64,000 bases of DNA from Octopus sinensis. Taxonomy: Eukaryota. Both the position numbers and the translations under genes were made by a program. The notes beneath the pieces are model-generated. The model saw nothing but the letters and a program-made list of their open reading frames with translations. It did no database searches and was not told the origin of the DNA. Where the stretch lies: the NCBI RefSeq assembly GCF_006345805.1, contig NC_043016.1, forward strand, positions 7,192,001 to 7,256,000, read 5' to 3'. Positions 36,031-49,812 of the stretch are shown here, piece by piece. Within the stretch, counting starts at the first letter, position 1, and every line of letters begins with the position of its first letter.

Positions 36031-36999
36031 GTAGGTTTGAATGTCCATTGATAGTTTATAGGTCCAAAGGCGGCGAGCTGGCAGAAACGGTAGCATGCCA
36101 GGCGAAATGCTTTGCGGTATTTCGTCTGCCATTACATTCTGAGTTCAAATTCTGCCAAGGTCAACTTTGCCTTTCATCCTTTCGGGGTCGATTAAATAAG
36201 TACCAGTTATGCACTGGGGTCAATATAATCGACTTAATCCGTTCGTTTGTCCTCTCTGCATTTAGCCCCTTGTGGGTAGTAAAAAAAATAGTTTATAGGT
36301 TCTATGGAACTGGCAATATGATTTTAAATTGCCAATTCCCTTTATATACAAACACATACATTATCTCCTTCTTTTTCTCTCTCTCTCTCTCACACACACA
36401 TGCACACTACCTCACTCTTTCTCTTACATACTTGAGCTCTCTCATATACACATATGCACATACAAAAACACTTGCCCAAATTGCCAAGCACTGGAACTGA
36501 ACCCCAAACCTTTTGGTTGGGAAGTTGTGCTTGCGTTTGCATATTTGAGAAGACATTGACATTCATACATGCATGAATATATAGAAATACACATGTGTGC
36601 ATTCATGCACACACCAACACACACACCTTTATAAAATCCAAATAAGGAGACCAAGAATGACTTTAACACATCTATACAATTGTTCAGTTACAATTGTTTT
36701 CGTACCAACTCCACTTTCAACACCAGTTCACGCAAAAGTTCAAAGTTAAAAATATATCTAATATTCGCAGTTTTAAACATTAAGGTGATACATGTGATCC
36801 AACAACAGAGTAGATAGCCTAAAGCTCAGGGTAAGTGCTGCATTGTAAATACACCATCCTTCTACCCCCCACAGGTCCTTATATATATATATATAAGTTC
36901 AGCAAAATTTAGAATCAGATGAATATGGTACTTACGTTAATGGCACCAGAATTTTGTATGGTATTATCCATATAAATCAAATGGGGTGATTATAATCAT

Positions 37000-37243
37000 A
37001 ATAAGCAACAAGGATATCCAAGGTAGTGTAGCACAATCGTTTCATGCTACTTCATTTTATTAAACACTGTAAGTATTACATCAGTAAATGAAATAAGTAT
37101 AAAAATGTGCATTGTCCATTTAATTAAAAAATTCTATATTTGGTTGAATATTTTAAAATTGATGTAATACTTACAGTGTTTAATAAAATGAAGTAGCATG
37201 AAACAATTGTACTACACTATCTTGGATATCCTTGTTGCTTATT
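37000..37243. repeat. Fold-back inverted repeat (84-bp arms)
   Basis: Arms 37000-37083 and 37160-37243, next to (TA)n. Confidence 0.88.
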
Positions 37244-37244
37244 T

Positions 37245-37301
<57 letters not shown>

Positions 37302-37852
37302 AAATGATAGAGAGGGAAAATGGAATATATGAGAAACTTTGTAAAGTCTCTCATATATTCCATTTACCACCTCTATCGTTTGTTATATACACAGCATACA
37401 CTGCAGAATTCTTGTGGTTGATCTAGTGACAATTGTGTAAATACCATGGATGATGTCAAGTAGCCTCAAGCAGGGAACTTGCTTCGTCTGCTTTCTGCTA
37501 GGAACATACCCAACACTTAAATATTTACTTATATATAGAGGTTTTAATTTGTATTTGTATCAGTACACGGAACATGGAATGGTATATAATGTGTGGAGGC
37601 GTGAAAGAGAAGAATATTTTAATGTTGATAGAAATTCAATAATGTCTTCAGTTTGGTTTAAATATTCCACCTGTCCCATGTCATTTCAAAGGTTTTAGAA
37701 AACATCCAGAAATTTGTAGTGCTTTAACAGTGTCTGTGCTGTATGTGTTAGTATACTAATTTTTACAGGAAAGCAATCAGTAGGGACCTGTTCATACACT
37801 ATGAGTCGGCCCTGCTCACCAGAGCAAAGCTGCATGCAGGTGAAATGAAATC

Positions 37853-38390
37853 TCATCATCATCATCATCATCGTTTAACATCCGTTTTCCATGCTAGCAT
37901 GAGTTGGACAGTTCGACCAGGGTCTGGGAAACCAGGAGGCTGCACCAGGCTCCAGTCTGATCTGGCAGTGTTTCTACAGCTGGATGCCCTTCCTAACGCC
38001 AACCACTCTGTGAGTATAGTGGGTGCTTTTTACATGCCACCGACACAGGTGCCAGACGAGGCTGGCGAATGGCCATGATCAGTTGGTGCTTTTATATGTC
38101 ACCGACATAGACGCCAGTCATGCGGTGCTGGCATCTGCCGCGTTCGGATGGTGCTTTTAACGTGTCACCGGCACAGGTATCTTAACTACAATTTCCATTT
38201 GATTTTTATTTTGATGTTGGTGTTGACATACTTGATTCATTAGGTCTTCTCAAGAACAGCGGGTCACTCTACGATCCAAGGTTAGCACAGCAGGCCATCC
38301 TGCAAACCATGGACTCACTTCATTTGTTAGGTCTTCGAAGTCACAGCATATCTCCAGAGGTCTCGGTCTTTCATCATATCCTTTGTGAGA
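37853..38390 (-). mobile_element. RTE LINE 3' end (family C), with ORF C-terminus
   Basis: Minus strand LTKDMMKDRDLWRYAVTSKT* followed by hairpin-repeat 3' UTR and a (GAT)n tail. Confidence 0.8.
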
Positions 38391-40798
38391 ACTTAGCACA
38401 CAATGGCTATCTATCATCTGTGGTCAAACAATAATATTTACAAAGTATCAAAGCCCTTAAACCCAAGTCTGAAATGTGCTTCCTTCAATTGCCCTTGTGA
38501 TCCATAGGGAGGGACTTAACATACAGATGGTGCACACTGGTCTATCCCTCAGGAAATTTCTGTCAAGGAATGATACCACAGGTAACACTATGGGGTGCAC
38601 ACTAACTAATTGCCCCTTCAACAACATCAAAATATGCCCAAGGGCCTATGCAGTATACAATCACCAATGTTATATATGACATGTTCACTGCTTATTTTAT
38701 CTGGTGATGGTGAGGACCTTGTTTTCCTGACTAGATGGCCCCTCCTGTCAGCAGCCCCTTTAGAGCAAGGACCAAGGCCATTTTATCAAACCATGGACAT
38801 AAGACAGGTTGTCGGCAGCTGAACCAGACAGTCTTCTCTGTCCTGTATCAATTTTTATTAGGCATTGTCTTCTTCATGGGTTGCCTGTACTCCACCTTTA
38901 CAGAGTTCCCACTTCTGTTTGTTCCTTTCATTTTTTTTTTGTTTTTTTTTGACAAGGGATTTACAGATTAATGCCCCCTCCTTTTCTATCACCAGTCACA
39001 TTACATGGACTGCATACAAAGTTAATTACAAGAGTAGTAGTAGTAGCAGTAGTAGTAGTAGTAGCAGTAGCAGCAGCAGCAGCAGTGGTAATAGTACTAA
39101 CTATGATAATAGTAGTTGTAGTAGCTGTGGTAGTAGTAGCAGTGGTTGTGGTGATGGTTGTAGTGACAATGGTAGTAGTAGTAGTGGCAGCGAGCTGGCA
39201 GAAACGTTAGCAGGCTGGGCAAAATGCGTAACCGTATTTCGTCTGCCGTTATGTTCTGAGTTCAAATTCCACCGAGGTCGACTTTGCCTTTCATCCTTTC
39301 GGGGTCGATAAATTAAGTACCAGTTGAGTACTGAAGTCGATATAATTGACTTATCCGTTTGTCCCCTCTTTGTTTAGCCCCTTGTTGGTAGTAAAGAAAT
39401 AGGTAGTAGTAATGGTGGTGGTGGAAGTGGTTGTAATGAATAGGGTGGTGTTTGTCGTTGTTGTGGTTAGGCAGTTGTAGTTGTCTTTGTTGTAGCTGAG
39501 AGGGTGGTTAATGATGGTTGTGGTGGTAGTATAGTCGTAGCCACATTGTTTATGCCATTGTATTATAGGTGGTGGCTGCAATAGTGGTGTGGTGGTAGTA
39601 TGTAGTAGTAGTAGTAGTAGTGGTAGAGGGACTGTAAGAGTTGTGGTGGTAGCGGCAGCAGTATAGTTATATCTAAATACATAAATGTTAATCTGTGAAT
39701 AAACCCTTAAGGACCGAAATTTCTTCCTCGTTGGCACCAATAAACAAAATAATCTAATCCCCAGACTCTTTGCTTCTACACCAAACCCAACTACTCCCCA
39801 CCCCCCACCCCACCCGGCTATGACCCCCAAATTCCAACACAAACTGTCACCCCCACTTCCTTCCTCCCCCACCCCCCACCCCCCAGAAATATGTGAAGGA
39901 TTTGAAATTTGAGGGAAGGGTCAGTGGGTGGGTGAGTAGGAAGTGCTTTGTAAGAGATTTATGCCAAATTGATACTTTTGATGATTCAATAGGAATTGGT
40001 GTGCATGGTGGTGGTGGCGGTGGTGGTGGCAGCGGGGTGAGGTTGTTTGTGGATAGGGTGAAGTGGGGGGTGTTCATGGCTTTCTGTATAGAAGAATTAC
40101 AATGCTAATGTATTCACATACATGCTTGTCTATATTAATGTTTACATGCATATTTATATTCTTGCATATGTATGTGTATGTGTACATTATTCTGCCTGTA
40201 CTCTGTTGTGTGTAAATGTCAGCACTTGTAATTATGTATGTGTGTGTGTGTGTGTGTGTGTGTGCACATGTATGTATATGCTCATTTTATTTTTTGTGTA
40301 TGTGTGTTTGTATGTATATACATATATGTGTATATATATATAGTAACAGAAGTGGCTGTGTGCCTAAGAAGCTTGCTTCCCAACCACATGGGTCCAGGTT
40401 CTGTCCTACTGCACGGCCCCTTGGATAAGTGTCTTCTACTATTGCCTTGGGTCGACCGAAGCCTTGTAAGAAGACTTGGGAGATGGAAACTGAAAGAAGC
40501 CTGTCGTATATATATATATAAAAATATATAGTGCTCCAGCATGGCCACAGTAAAAAACAGAAACAAGTAAAAGAAGATAAAAATATATATATGTTCTTTT
40601 TATTCTTTTTTCTTATTCTTTTTTACTTGTTTCAGTCATTTGACTGTGGTCACTCTTTCTTCTGTTGGCCTGCTCGCTTAGCCAGCGGGATGGCGTCATT
40701 CGAAGGCTAAAACAATGCGAAGCGCATTGTGACCAGCAATGTGTAACAACATCTGATGGCCTGGTCGGTCACGTGATCACGTGATATATATATATATT

Positions 40799-41049
40799 AA
40801 AATTATCAATTAGGGTATCTACGAGATACCACCATGCTGAAAATAGCAGCCATGATCTGACTCTAAAACCACCCTAATTGTCCATATATCAACACGGAGA
40901 GAATTATTCAGTAATTTTTACTAGTTTCATCTTTTCCCTTTGTTTTCTCTCCATGTTGATATATGGAAAATTAAGGTGGTTTTAGAGTGAGATCATGGCT
41001 GCTATTTTCAGCATGGTGGTATCTCGTAGATACCCTAATTTATAATTTT
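40799..41049. repeat. Fold-back inverted repeat (105-bp arms)
   Basis: Arms 40799-40903 and 40945-41049. Confidence 0.88.
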
Positions 41050-41257
41050 AATAATTATTACCTTTGATGGTTATTTTTTCCATGCTGGCCACTTGATAAA
41101 ATCATTGTTTTATTTTAAATTAATGATCTTATCCTTATATATATAAATTTAAATACACACACACACACACACACATTCAGTTCTAAGTACTAATTATTAG
41201 CATCACTATGCCTAAGTAAAATCATAATATATATAGACACAGGCATGGCTGTGTGGT

Positions 41258-42115
41258 ATGTAGTTTACTTGCCAGCCACGTGGTTCCGGGTTCAGTCCCA
41301 CTGTATGACATGTTGAGCATGTGTATTCTCCTATAACCTTGACCTATAGTAGAACACATATGCTCAAACATTATGAGTAGATTTGGTTGATGAAACTCCG
41401 ACGTCTGGCAGCTGACTTGGCAGACACCCATAAAATTATTAACCATCTTATAAACAATAACTCTGAGCATCTTTTCAAACTCCACCTGTCTAACACCCGT
41501 GGGCATGTTTACAAAGTCAGAAAACAGCACAGCTCCCATGACTTTCAGAAACATTTTTTCACCTGAGAGTTGCTGGAGCATGGAACAGACTGCCGGCATC
41601 AGTTGTTAGTTGTCAGAGCACTGCATCCTTTAAAACTTCCATGCTTCCTGAGATTCGCCAACACTACACCTGATTTCCTCCCCTCCATACACACGCTGAA
41701 GCATGGAACAAACTGCCAGCATCAGTTGTTAGTTGTCGTAGCACTGCATCCTTCAAAACTTCCATGCTTCCTGAGATTTGCCAACACTACACCTGATTTT
41801 CTCCCCTCCATACACATGCAAGCATGTATCTGACTCATACACTGTTCACTTTCCAGACATTTTTACATTACTTTGTATACTTTATACGCACCTTTTGACA
41901 AGTTGTGGTGCACCTGAGCACTGTATACAATAATTTCATTATTATTATTATTAAAACTGAAAGAAACCTGTCATATATGTGTGTTTGTGTTTGTGTTTGT
42001 GTTTGCACCAGTGTTGGGGTGTTTATGTTCCCATAACTTAATGGCTCTGCAAAAGAGACCTGACTAAAATTCTTTAAGTGGGTGCCTCAACATGGCTGCA
42101 ATCTCAAAGGTAAAG
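41258..42115 (+). mobile_element. Diverged family A SINE split by the CR1 insertion
   Basis: Head at 41258; resumes at aaactgaaagaa 41954. Confidence 0.7.
41398..41953 (+). mobile_element. CR1-clade LINE 3' end inserted in a SINE
   Basis: Frameshifted NTRGHVYKV...KHFF..RVAGAWNRLPASVV...SFK; (ATT)n tail; aaact duplicated at both junctions; internal 123-bp tandem duplication. Confidence 0.8.
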
Positions 42116-42540
42116 AGCATGTGTATGTGAGTGTACATTTACATATATATAAATATACATATTTTTTTAGTAATATATTTTTATTATTAATAGAAGGAAA
42201 TTAATATCCAAACTTGTCATAAAGATATACCCGTGTGAAAGAAATTATTGTATTAAAATATATATAGATAAATGAATATAAATATATAAATATAACATAT
42301 AAAATAAATTTGATAGTTTAAAAATTTTGAATTAATTATTTAAGCATCTTACGGTTGTTTCACAATTAAATATATAAATACTCTAATAGTATTGATATTT
42401 TTATACAATGGAGCACTCAATATAAATTCAGTATGTAATATTCATATTGAATATATTTACCTAAAGATTTATATATATGAATATGTATATATCTTAATGT
42501 TTATACTAGCATTGTTATTTTTTATTTCTATGTGTTTTAG

Positions 42541-42684
42541 AAATTTGAAATGACGTGGCACAAAGATATTCGTCCTTGGAAGCGCAGCGTCTGCTTTGAT
42601 GTATCCCAGACAATAATGAAAGCTCCCGTTATTCTCTATACATGTCACGGAATGCAAGGCAATCAACGATGGAAATATAATATT
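42541..42684 (+). CDS. GALNT10: GALNT10-like exon, ricin-B lectin beta repeat
   Basis: tttag acceptor, att|gtaagt donor, 144 nt. Encodes KFEMTWHKDIRPWKRSVCFDVSQTIMKAPVILYTCHGMQGNQRWKYNI (CFD...CHG.GNQ.W). Confidence 0.95.
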
Positions 42685-42696
42685 GTAAGTTCTTCC

Positions 42697-42908
42697 TTTT
42701 ACTCTTTACTCTCTCTTTTACTTGTTTCAGTCATGTGACTGTGGTCATGCTGGAGCACCGCCTTTAGTTGATCAAATCAACCCCAGGACTTATTCTTTGT
42801 AAGCCAAGTACTTATTTTATCGGTCTCTTTTTTGCTGAACCGCTAAGTTGCGGGGACGTAAACACACCAGCATCGGTTGTCAAGCGATGTTGGGGGAACA
42901 AACACAGA

Positions 42909-42948
<40 letters not shown>

Positions 42949-43116
42949 CATATATACGATGGGCTTCTTTCAGTTTCTGTCTACCAAATCCACTTACAAG
43001 GTTTTGGTCGGCCCGAGGCTATAGTAGAAGACACTTGCCCAAAGTGTAATGCAGTGGGACTAAACCCGGAACCATGTGGTTGGTAAGCAAGCTACTTACC
43101 ACACAGCCACTCCTGC
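42697..43116 (-). mobile_element. Family A SINE starting about 12 nt after an exon donor
   Basis: Full-length consensus match. Confidence 0.85.
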
Positions 43117-43618
43117 AACAACAATAACAAGCACCACCACCACCACCACCATTGCTACTACTTTTCCAATCATCCTGTCTTCGTCAGATTTTATTGCAGT
43201 GAGACCCTTTGAGTTGTTGGCGACTGATTTGATAAATCTGGAGTCATTTATTGCCATATTAGATTTGACTTAGAAATCTTATTGGTCAAAGGCATTCCAG
43301 CTCTGACCACTTTTTTTATCTTTTATTGTTTATTTTGGCCATGCTGGGGCATCACCTTGAATGGTTTTAGTTGAACAAATCAACCCTGGGACTAATTATT
43401 TTTTTGAAGACTAGTGCTTTATTCTATCAGTCTGTTTTGCCAAACTGCTAAGTTACAGGGAAGGAAACACACCACCACTAGTTGTCAAGCAGTGGTAAGA
43501 CACACACCCATACACACACATACACATATGCACAACAAATTTCTTTCAGTTTCTGTCTACCAAATCCACTCACAAGTCTTTGGTTGGCCCAAGGCTATAG
43601 TAGAAGTCACTTATTTAA

Positions 43619-43840
43619 CCCTTTTGTTACCAACTTGGCTGAAACCAGCTCTGGCTTTGTAGTACAAATGTCTTGTTTTCAAAAGTTGTGAATTAAAACC
43701 TTCCACCAAACCTTAGTCACAATTTTTGTTCCTAACACTAAGCTGAATGATAACTAAGTTATTTTACTAAATTCTTTGTTATATTTAAAGTAATTGAAAG
43801 AAACACAGAGCATCTCAAAATAAATTCTGTAACAAAACGG
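43619..43840. mobile_element. piggyBac-like MITE inserted into a SINE
   Basis: TTAA on both sides; splits the SINE sequence agaagtcacttat[ttaa]ggtgcc. Confidence 0.82.
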
Positions 43841-44289
43841 TTAAGGTGCCATACAGTGAGAGTGAACCTGGAAGCCACAGCTGTTTTTCAGAAGGGAATA
43901 TGCTCCAGACTACATTATCCAGTATGAACATTTTTTATGACAGCCAGGTTGTTATTCCTAGAAAGTAGGTGTCTCCTTGTTTGGTGGTGATTTCAGAGTT
44001 TCATATCAGAACAGCAGTAGTGCCCCAGCATGGCCGCGGCCTTCGGGCTAAAACATTTTTAAGGATTTAAGTACGGTCTGCTGACTGGTCAATAACAGAT
44101 CATGTTGTATCATGGACACAGTTGTTTCATTCATAACTGTAGAGTAATGTAGTCTCAGATATTTGCATGTGTTTCAACATAATCACTTTTTGTAACATGG
44201 TCATGTTCTCTATGATGTTATATGTATCATCTTCCTGATGCATCTTATACCCATACCATCACAGTCTCCTTTCTTGCACACTACAACTA

Positions 44290-45735
44290 CTGTAAAAACC
44301 CATGTAATTTGTGCACCTGTGTAATTTACACAGGTGATTTCCAGGATAAAAATTGTTAAAAAAAGCTTCTACTCGTGTAAAATTCACATCCAAAAGTTTT
44401 CAAAATTGCCGATATGGCCAGGGGATAAATGTTTTCAATTTAGTTGCATTTAGCATAATTTCACTTACTTATGATTCAATTTTATTAAATTTTCATCAAA
44501 TAAAAATAATTTCTGTTTAACATGTACCATATTGAAAGCTATTAAATTACAAAATGTTTGTGTTGTTTATAATAAACTTTATTTTACACTTCTTGCTCAC
44601 AAGAGATTATGTCTGATCTTTAGCATACTTTTGTATGTCTTCTCAAATCACGATCACAAGAAAAATTGTTGATAATTCTTATCAACAAAAGCAAAGCTGA
44701 TAAATATGCACAAGTGTTGCAAAATAAGTTTAATTACCAATAATCATCAGCTTGGATGACACTTTGATCAACTGACAGAGAAAGGTGACCAATCAAATTG
44801 ATTATGTAAATAGAAATCTGATTAGTTGAAAGCGCCTTCTTGTCTCAAGCTCTGATTTTCTGCCTATTCTTGTTGGAACCTTTGATACTGATAATCAAAA
44901 TTTTAATCCCTTTCACACTTATAAAATGTCAAGCAAACTCGAAAATTTGTCATTACCGTTTTAGCCAGGAGACCAAACTAATAGTTTGGTAAACTGCTAA
45001 AATAAATATTAAAAATCGAAAGGAGAAAATAAACAGCTTTGCAAGTTTAACTCAGTGTTTATTGAACAAGGGAGGTGCAAAATTTAAGAAGCGGCTTGTT
45101 AGAATATACACGTCTGTGAGGAGACATAAATAAATATAGCAAAAATCTACTATACCAAAAGAACTAGTAATACATACATTACAAGTGTTCTTTGAAGAGA
45201 ACATAAAAATTTCTGCATAATTCAACATGAATGTGAAACGACATTAAACATTGTATAAGGTAAATGAAGGTTTCTATAGGAATGCTAAGTCATATTCACT
45301 TAGTGAGTTTACATGTACAAGGATGAATTATGATGTTGTCGTCGACGTTAGATGCAGGAAAATATTGGCTTGGACCGTGATTACCTGGATGAACGTCAAA
45401 CTTCAAAAAGTAGTTAACCATTTCATGGTTTTAGTAAATTTATACAGAAAAAGTAAGCATTATGCCGTCCAGAATAAATAAAAGTCAACTTCATTATATT
45501 TGTTCTGTAAAAAACCTATTCCGACATTAAATGAGTCAACTTCCAGTACGAATATTTACTACTATAGGCATAGGAGTGGCTGTGTGGTAAGTAGCTTGCT
45601 TATGAACCACATGGTTCCAGGTTCAGTCCCACTATGTGACACCTTGGGCAAGTGATTTCTACTATAGCCTAGGGCTGACTAAAGCCTTGTGACTGGACTT
45701 GGTAGATGGAAACTGAAAGAAGCTTGTCATATATA

Positions 45736-45796
<61 letters not shown>

Positions 45797-46133
45797 ATTT
45801 GTTTGTGTGGCTGTATTTGTCACCCCACCCCAACATCGCTTGACAACTGATGCTGGTGTGTTTACATCCCTGTAACTTAGTGATTCAGCAAAAGAGACCA
45901 AAAGAATAAGTACTAGGCTTACAAAGAATAAGTCCTGGGGTCGATTTGCTCGACTAAAGGCAGTGCTCCAGCATGGCCGCAGTCAAATGACAGAAACAAG
46001 TAAAAGAGTATTTGTATATCAGTTTTCAACAAAAAAATTCTGGAAAACGATCTACTTATGTTATTTACACACCCACTAAAGTTTGATTTTTGCTTTCATG
46101 AAAAATGTGCGTAAATTACATAGGTTTTTATGG
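44290..46133. mobile_element. Non-autonomous Tc1/mariner-pogo-like TIR element containing a SINE
   Basis: TA-flanked TIRs of about 27 bp: CTGTAAAAACCCATGTAATTTGTGCAC versus reverse complement CCATAAAAACCTATGTAATTTACGCAC; no transposase ORF. Confidence 0.7.
45564..46010 (+). mobile_element. Family A SINE
   Basis: Full-length consensus match, inside the TIR element. Confidence 0.85.
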
Positions 46134-46199
46134 TAATTCTCTTATATCCAGTTTTTTTCTCAGTTCAAGGGTATTCCATCATCTATGCATCAAATGGGG

Positions 46200-46555
46200 C
46201 ATTTTTATTTTCGTTTGTTTGAGACAGCATTCACCCTGGGTGGGTTGAGCTGGCTTCATTCACCCTCAATGCTGCATCTCTCACAAACACCGACCAGTCC
46301 TGGCGATTTGAGGCTAATGACCGCGTGTTCTCCAACCACTCCTTATTCCAGCGGCGAACGCCGTAGATATGGGAGCCTAGGTTGGGTTCCAGATCAGCCT
46401 TGACTGTCATCAGCCAGGTTTTTCGTTGTCCACCGCATTGCTTTCGCCAACCCTGAAGGGGAGTTGGGGCAATTGCTTCGTAGATGAATTCTCCTGCTTG
46501 ACGACGGAGGGCATGACCCAGACAACGCAGACGTCTCGTTAGGATGAATGGGGCA
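46200..46555 (-). mobile_element. RTE-like LINE 3' end (open frame, no ATG)
   Basis: Minus-strand RRLRCLGHALRR...PLQGWRKQCGGQRKTWLMTVKADLE...YGVRRWNKEW...LASNRQDW..FVRD. Confidence 0.8.
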
Positions 46556-47121
46556 TTCTCACTTCATTATTTTCTAGTCATTAATCCTTAGTGATTCAGG
46601 GATCAAATCTCACTGCCATGCTGTATCATGGTTCATATACAAGCATTTTCAATCTTACTTTCAATTTTAGATAAAAACGTTTTGTTACCAACTCAGGTAA
46701 TAGTTCCTTAATATCTTTCATCCCATTCTTATTCTGGATGCTATATTTTTGGAATATTCACCTCAACTATTTCTAAGACCCTTTAAGGCATTTGATAGAA
46801 TCTGTTTCTCATATGCACTTTTTTTTTCTTTCTTTTTTTGCCCCTGCAGATCGTCCACACACAAACTTTGCTTTTTCTATGAACTAGCTTGTGGTTCCAC
46901 TGCATCTGTTGTGCATCGACCAGACTTGACAATAATCTCAGTGCTAAACAGTTAAGGTCTCTAGAATGTGTATATTGCTTTGAAGTTTGGAATTTTTTCT
47001 CTAATCTAACTTTATAGATACAAATTTAAGAACTAGATCATTAGTATGTAGGTGTTTCCATGGATGCCAGATTTTAGGACACCTTTCTTATTACCTGGAG
47101 CACTATAATAAATAGAAAAAA

Positions 47122-47535
47122 GGCGGCGAGCTGGCAGAAACGTTAGCACGCCGGGCGAAATGCATAGCCGTATTTCGTCTGTCATTACATTCCGAGTTCA
47201 AATTCTGCCAAGGTCGACTTTGCCTTTCATCATTTCGGGGTCGATAAATTAAGTACCAGTTACGCACTGGGGTCAATGTAATCGACTTAATCTGTTTGTC
47301 TGTCCTTGTTTGTACCCTCTGTGTTTAGCCCCTTGTGGGTAGTAAAGAAATAGGTATTTCGTCTGCCGTTACGTTCTGAGTTCAAATTCCGCCGAGGTCG
47401 ACTTTGCCTTTCATCCTTTCGGGGTCAGTAAATTAAGTACCAGTTATGCACTGGCATCGATGTAATCGACTTGATCCGTTTGTCTCTCCTTGTTTGTACC
47501 CTCGTGTTTAGCCCCTTGTGGGTAGTAAAGAAATA
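47122..47535 (+). mobile_element. Family B SINE head-to-tail dimer
   Basis: Second unit restarts at gtatttcgtctg (47353) directly after the first tail. Confidence 0.8.
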
Positions 47536-48133
47536 TATAATAAATAGAAAAGGGTCTCAGAACTGGAGTTCTGGTGGACCACTACCCGAGCATCAAATTC
47601 ATTACTGTGCCCATTATTGATATCTCATCTTGTCAACTAGACTTTTGTATATGGCTTGTCTGGTTATCTACCCCAGTTATTTTAGCCATCACAGAGCCAA
47701 GGACGATGTTGAAAGCCTTCTACATGTCAGTGATCGATACGGTACAGTGTCAAATATTTCTCCTGTAGGCAACTATAGGAGAAATGGTAAAATAGATTAG
47801 CAGTACATTTTCCTGGCAGAAAGCCAGGAAATACATTCTCATCTAGGTTAATTCTCTTTCTAATCAATTGAGCTATAACTCTTTTTTTTTGTAACTTCCA
47901 TTCTCATGACTGGGTCTCACCCCACCCCAACACACACACACACACACACACTCACACATACACACTCTTATTTATCTCCCTTTGTTGTCACTCTTTCACT
48001 ACAGCAAAAGAGTGATTATAAAAGTGAGTTTCTATCAATATTCAGTCTTTTGATTTTTCACTATCTTTATTGAAAGAAAACATTCAATGATGAAAGAAAA
48101 CTGAACATAAAAGCCGACATTAACACACACACA

Positions 48134-48169
<36 letters not shown>

Positions 48170-49541
48170 CATCATTGTTATTGTTTAGTGTCCACCTTTC
48201 CGTGCTTGCCAAATGCGGCAAATATTTCTATAGCCAAATGTTCTTCTTGCTGCCAAACCCCTGCCAGTTTCCAAGCAACATATTTTCCATGGCTGCACAA
48301 GTTTTTCAAGAAGATTAGGAATGAATGAAATTTCTTGTATCATGGAGGTGGCTATTTGCAGTCAATAATCACATTTGTAGTCAATTCATACACGTAGACA
48401 CACACACACATATACACACACATACACACAACAGGCTTCTTTCAGTTTCCATTCACCAAATCCACTCACAAGGTTCCGGTTGGCCCAAGACTATTGTATG
48501 CTGTTCAGTGGGACTGAATTCTAATCATACAGTTGAAAAGCAAACATCTTATCCATACCTATTTCTTTACTACCCACAAGGGGCCAAACACAGAGAGGAC
48601 AAACAAGGACAGACAAACGGATTAAGTCGATTATATCGACCCCAGTGTGTAACTGGTACTTATTTAATCAACCCCGAAAGGATGAAGGGCAAAGTCGACC
48701 TCGGTGGAATTTGAACTCAGAACGTAGCGGCAGATGAAATACCACTAAGCATTTTGCCCAGTGTGCTAACGTTTCTGCTTGCTCGATGCCAAACCTCTTA
48801 TCCATACAGCCATGCTTGCCCATGTGTGTGCGTATGTGTATGTGTACACCTCTCTCTTTCCCACCCTCTCTTTATAGAAATATATCATTGTCATCATTTT
48901 TCAGCTGCTTTCCGTTCCCGCATGGGTTTCACAATTTGACAGGAGTTGGCGATCCAGGGAATTGTGCCAGGCTCTAATGTCTGCTTTGTCATAGTGTCTT
49001 TGGTTGGGTTCCCTTTCTAATGCTAACCACTTTACAGGGTGTACTGGGTGCTTTTTTACATGGCACCAGCAGGCAATTCAACTGAAAAGGTTTTAAGGGT
49101 GATGGCTTTGTGCCAAGTGATGAGAGATTAGAGAATAAAGAAGCAGGTGTCTTGCAGTAGAGTAGATACATGGCTACTCCATCTGGAAGAAGAGAGAGAG
49201 AAAGATATAAGATAGTGAAGATGTCATAGACTACCCTCAAGTTACAGAGATGTGAATAGAAGTTAGGCGTGGCAGGGCATTGGATTGGATGAGTGGGAAG
49301 GTGAAGTCATGAGAGTGCAAGAGGAGGGTGGGCAATAAAGAGGAGGGGATGCAGTGAATGGTGAAAACAGGTGGAGGGAAGGTGTGCTGGGGATATATAT
49401 AGGTACAGGTGTAGCTGTGGGTGGTAACGAGTTTGCTTCCCAACCACATGGACAAGTATCTTCTACTTGAGCCTTGAGCCAGCCAAAGCCTTTTGAATAA
49501 ATTTAGTCGATGGAAACTGAAAGATGCTTGTTGAGTGTATA

Positions 49542-49570
<29 letters not shown>

Positions 49571-49572
<2 letters not shown>

Positions 49573-49812
49573 CATCATCATCATCGTTTAGCATCTGCTT
49601 TCCATGCTGGCATAAGTTGGACGGTGCAACTGGGGTCTGGGAAGCCAGAAGGCTGCACCAGGCTCCAGTCTGATCTGGCAATGTTTCTATGACTGGATGC
49701 CATTCCTAACGCCAACCACTCCGTGGGTGCTTTTCACGTGTCACCTGCACAGGTACCAGGCGAGGCTGGCAACGGCCACAATCGGATGGTGCTTTTTACG
49801 TGCCACCTGCAT
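49571..49812 (-). mobile_element. Family C copy
   Basis: (CAT)n tail plus core consensus. Confidence 0.75.

Noticed and set aside
38865-39872. Ser-rich and Thr-rich ORFs
   Set aside because: (AGT)/(GGT) trinucleotide low-complexity sequence plus a SINE.
40769-40785. Palindromic double E-box TCACGTGATCACGTGA
   Set aside because: Lies at the end of a repeat-like fragment; no evidence for a regulatory role.
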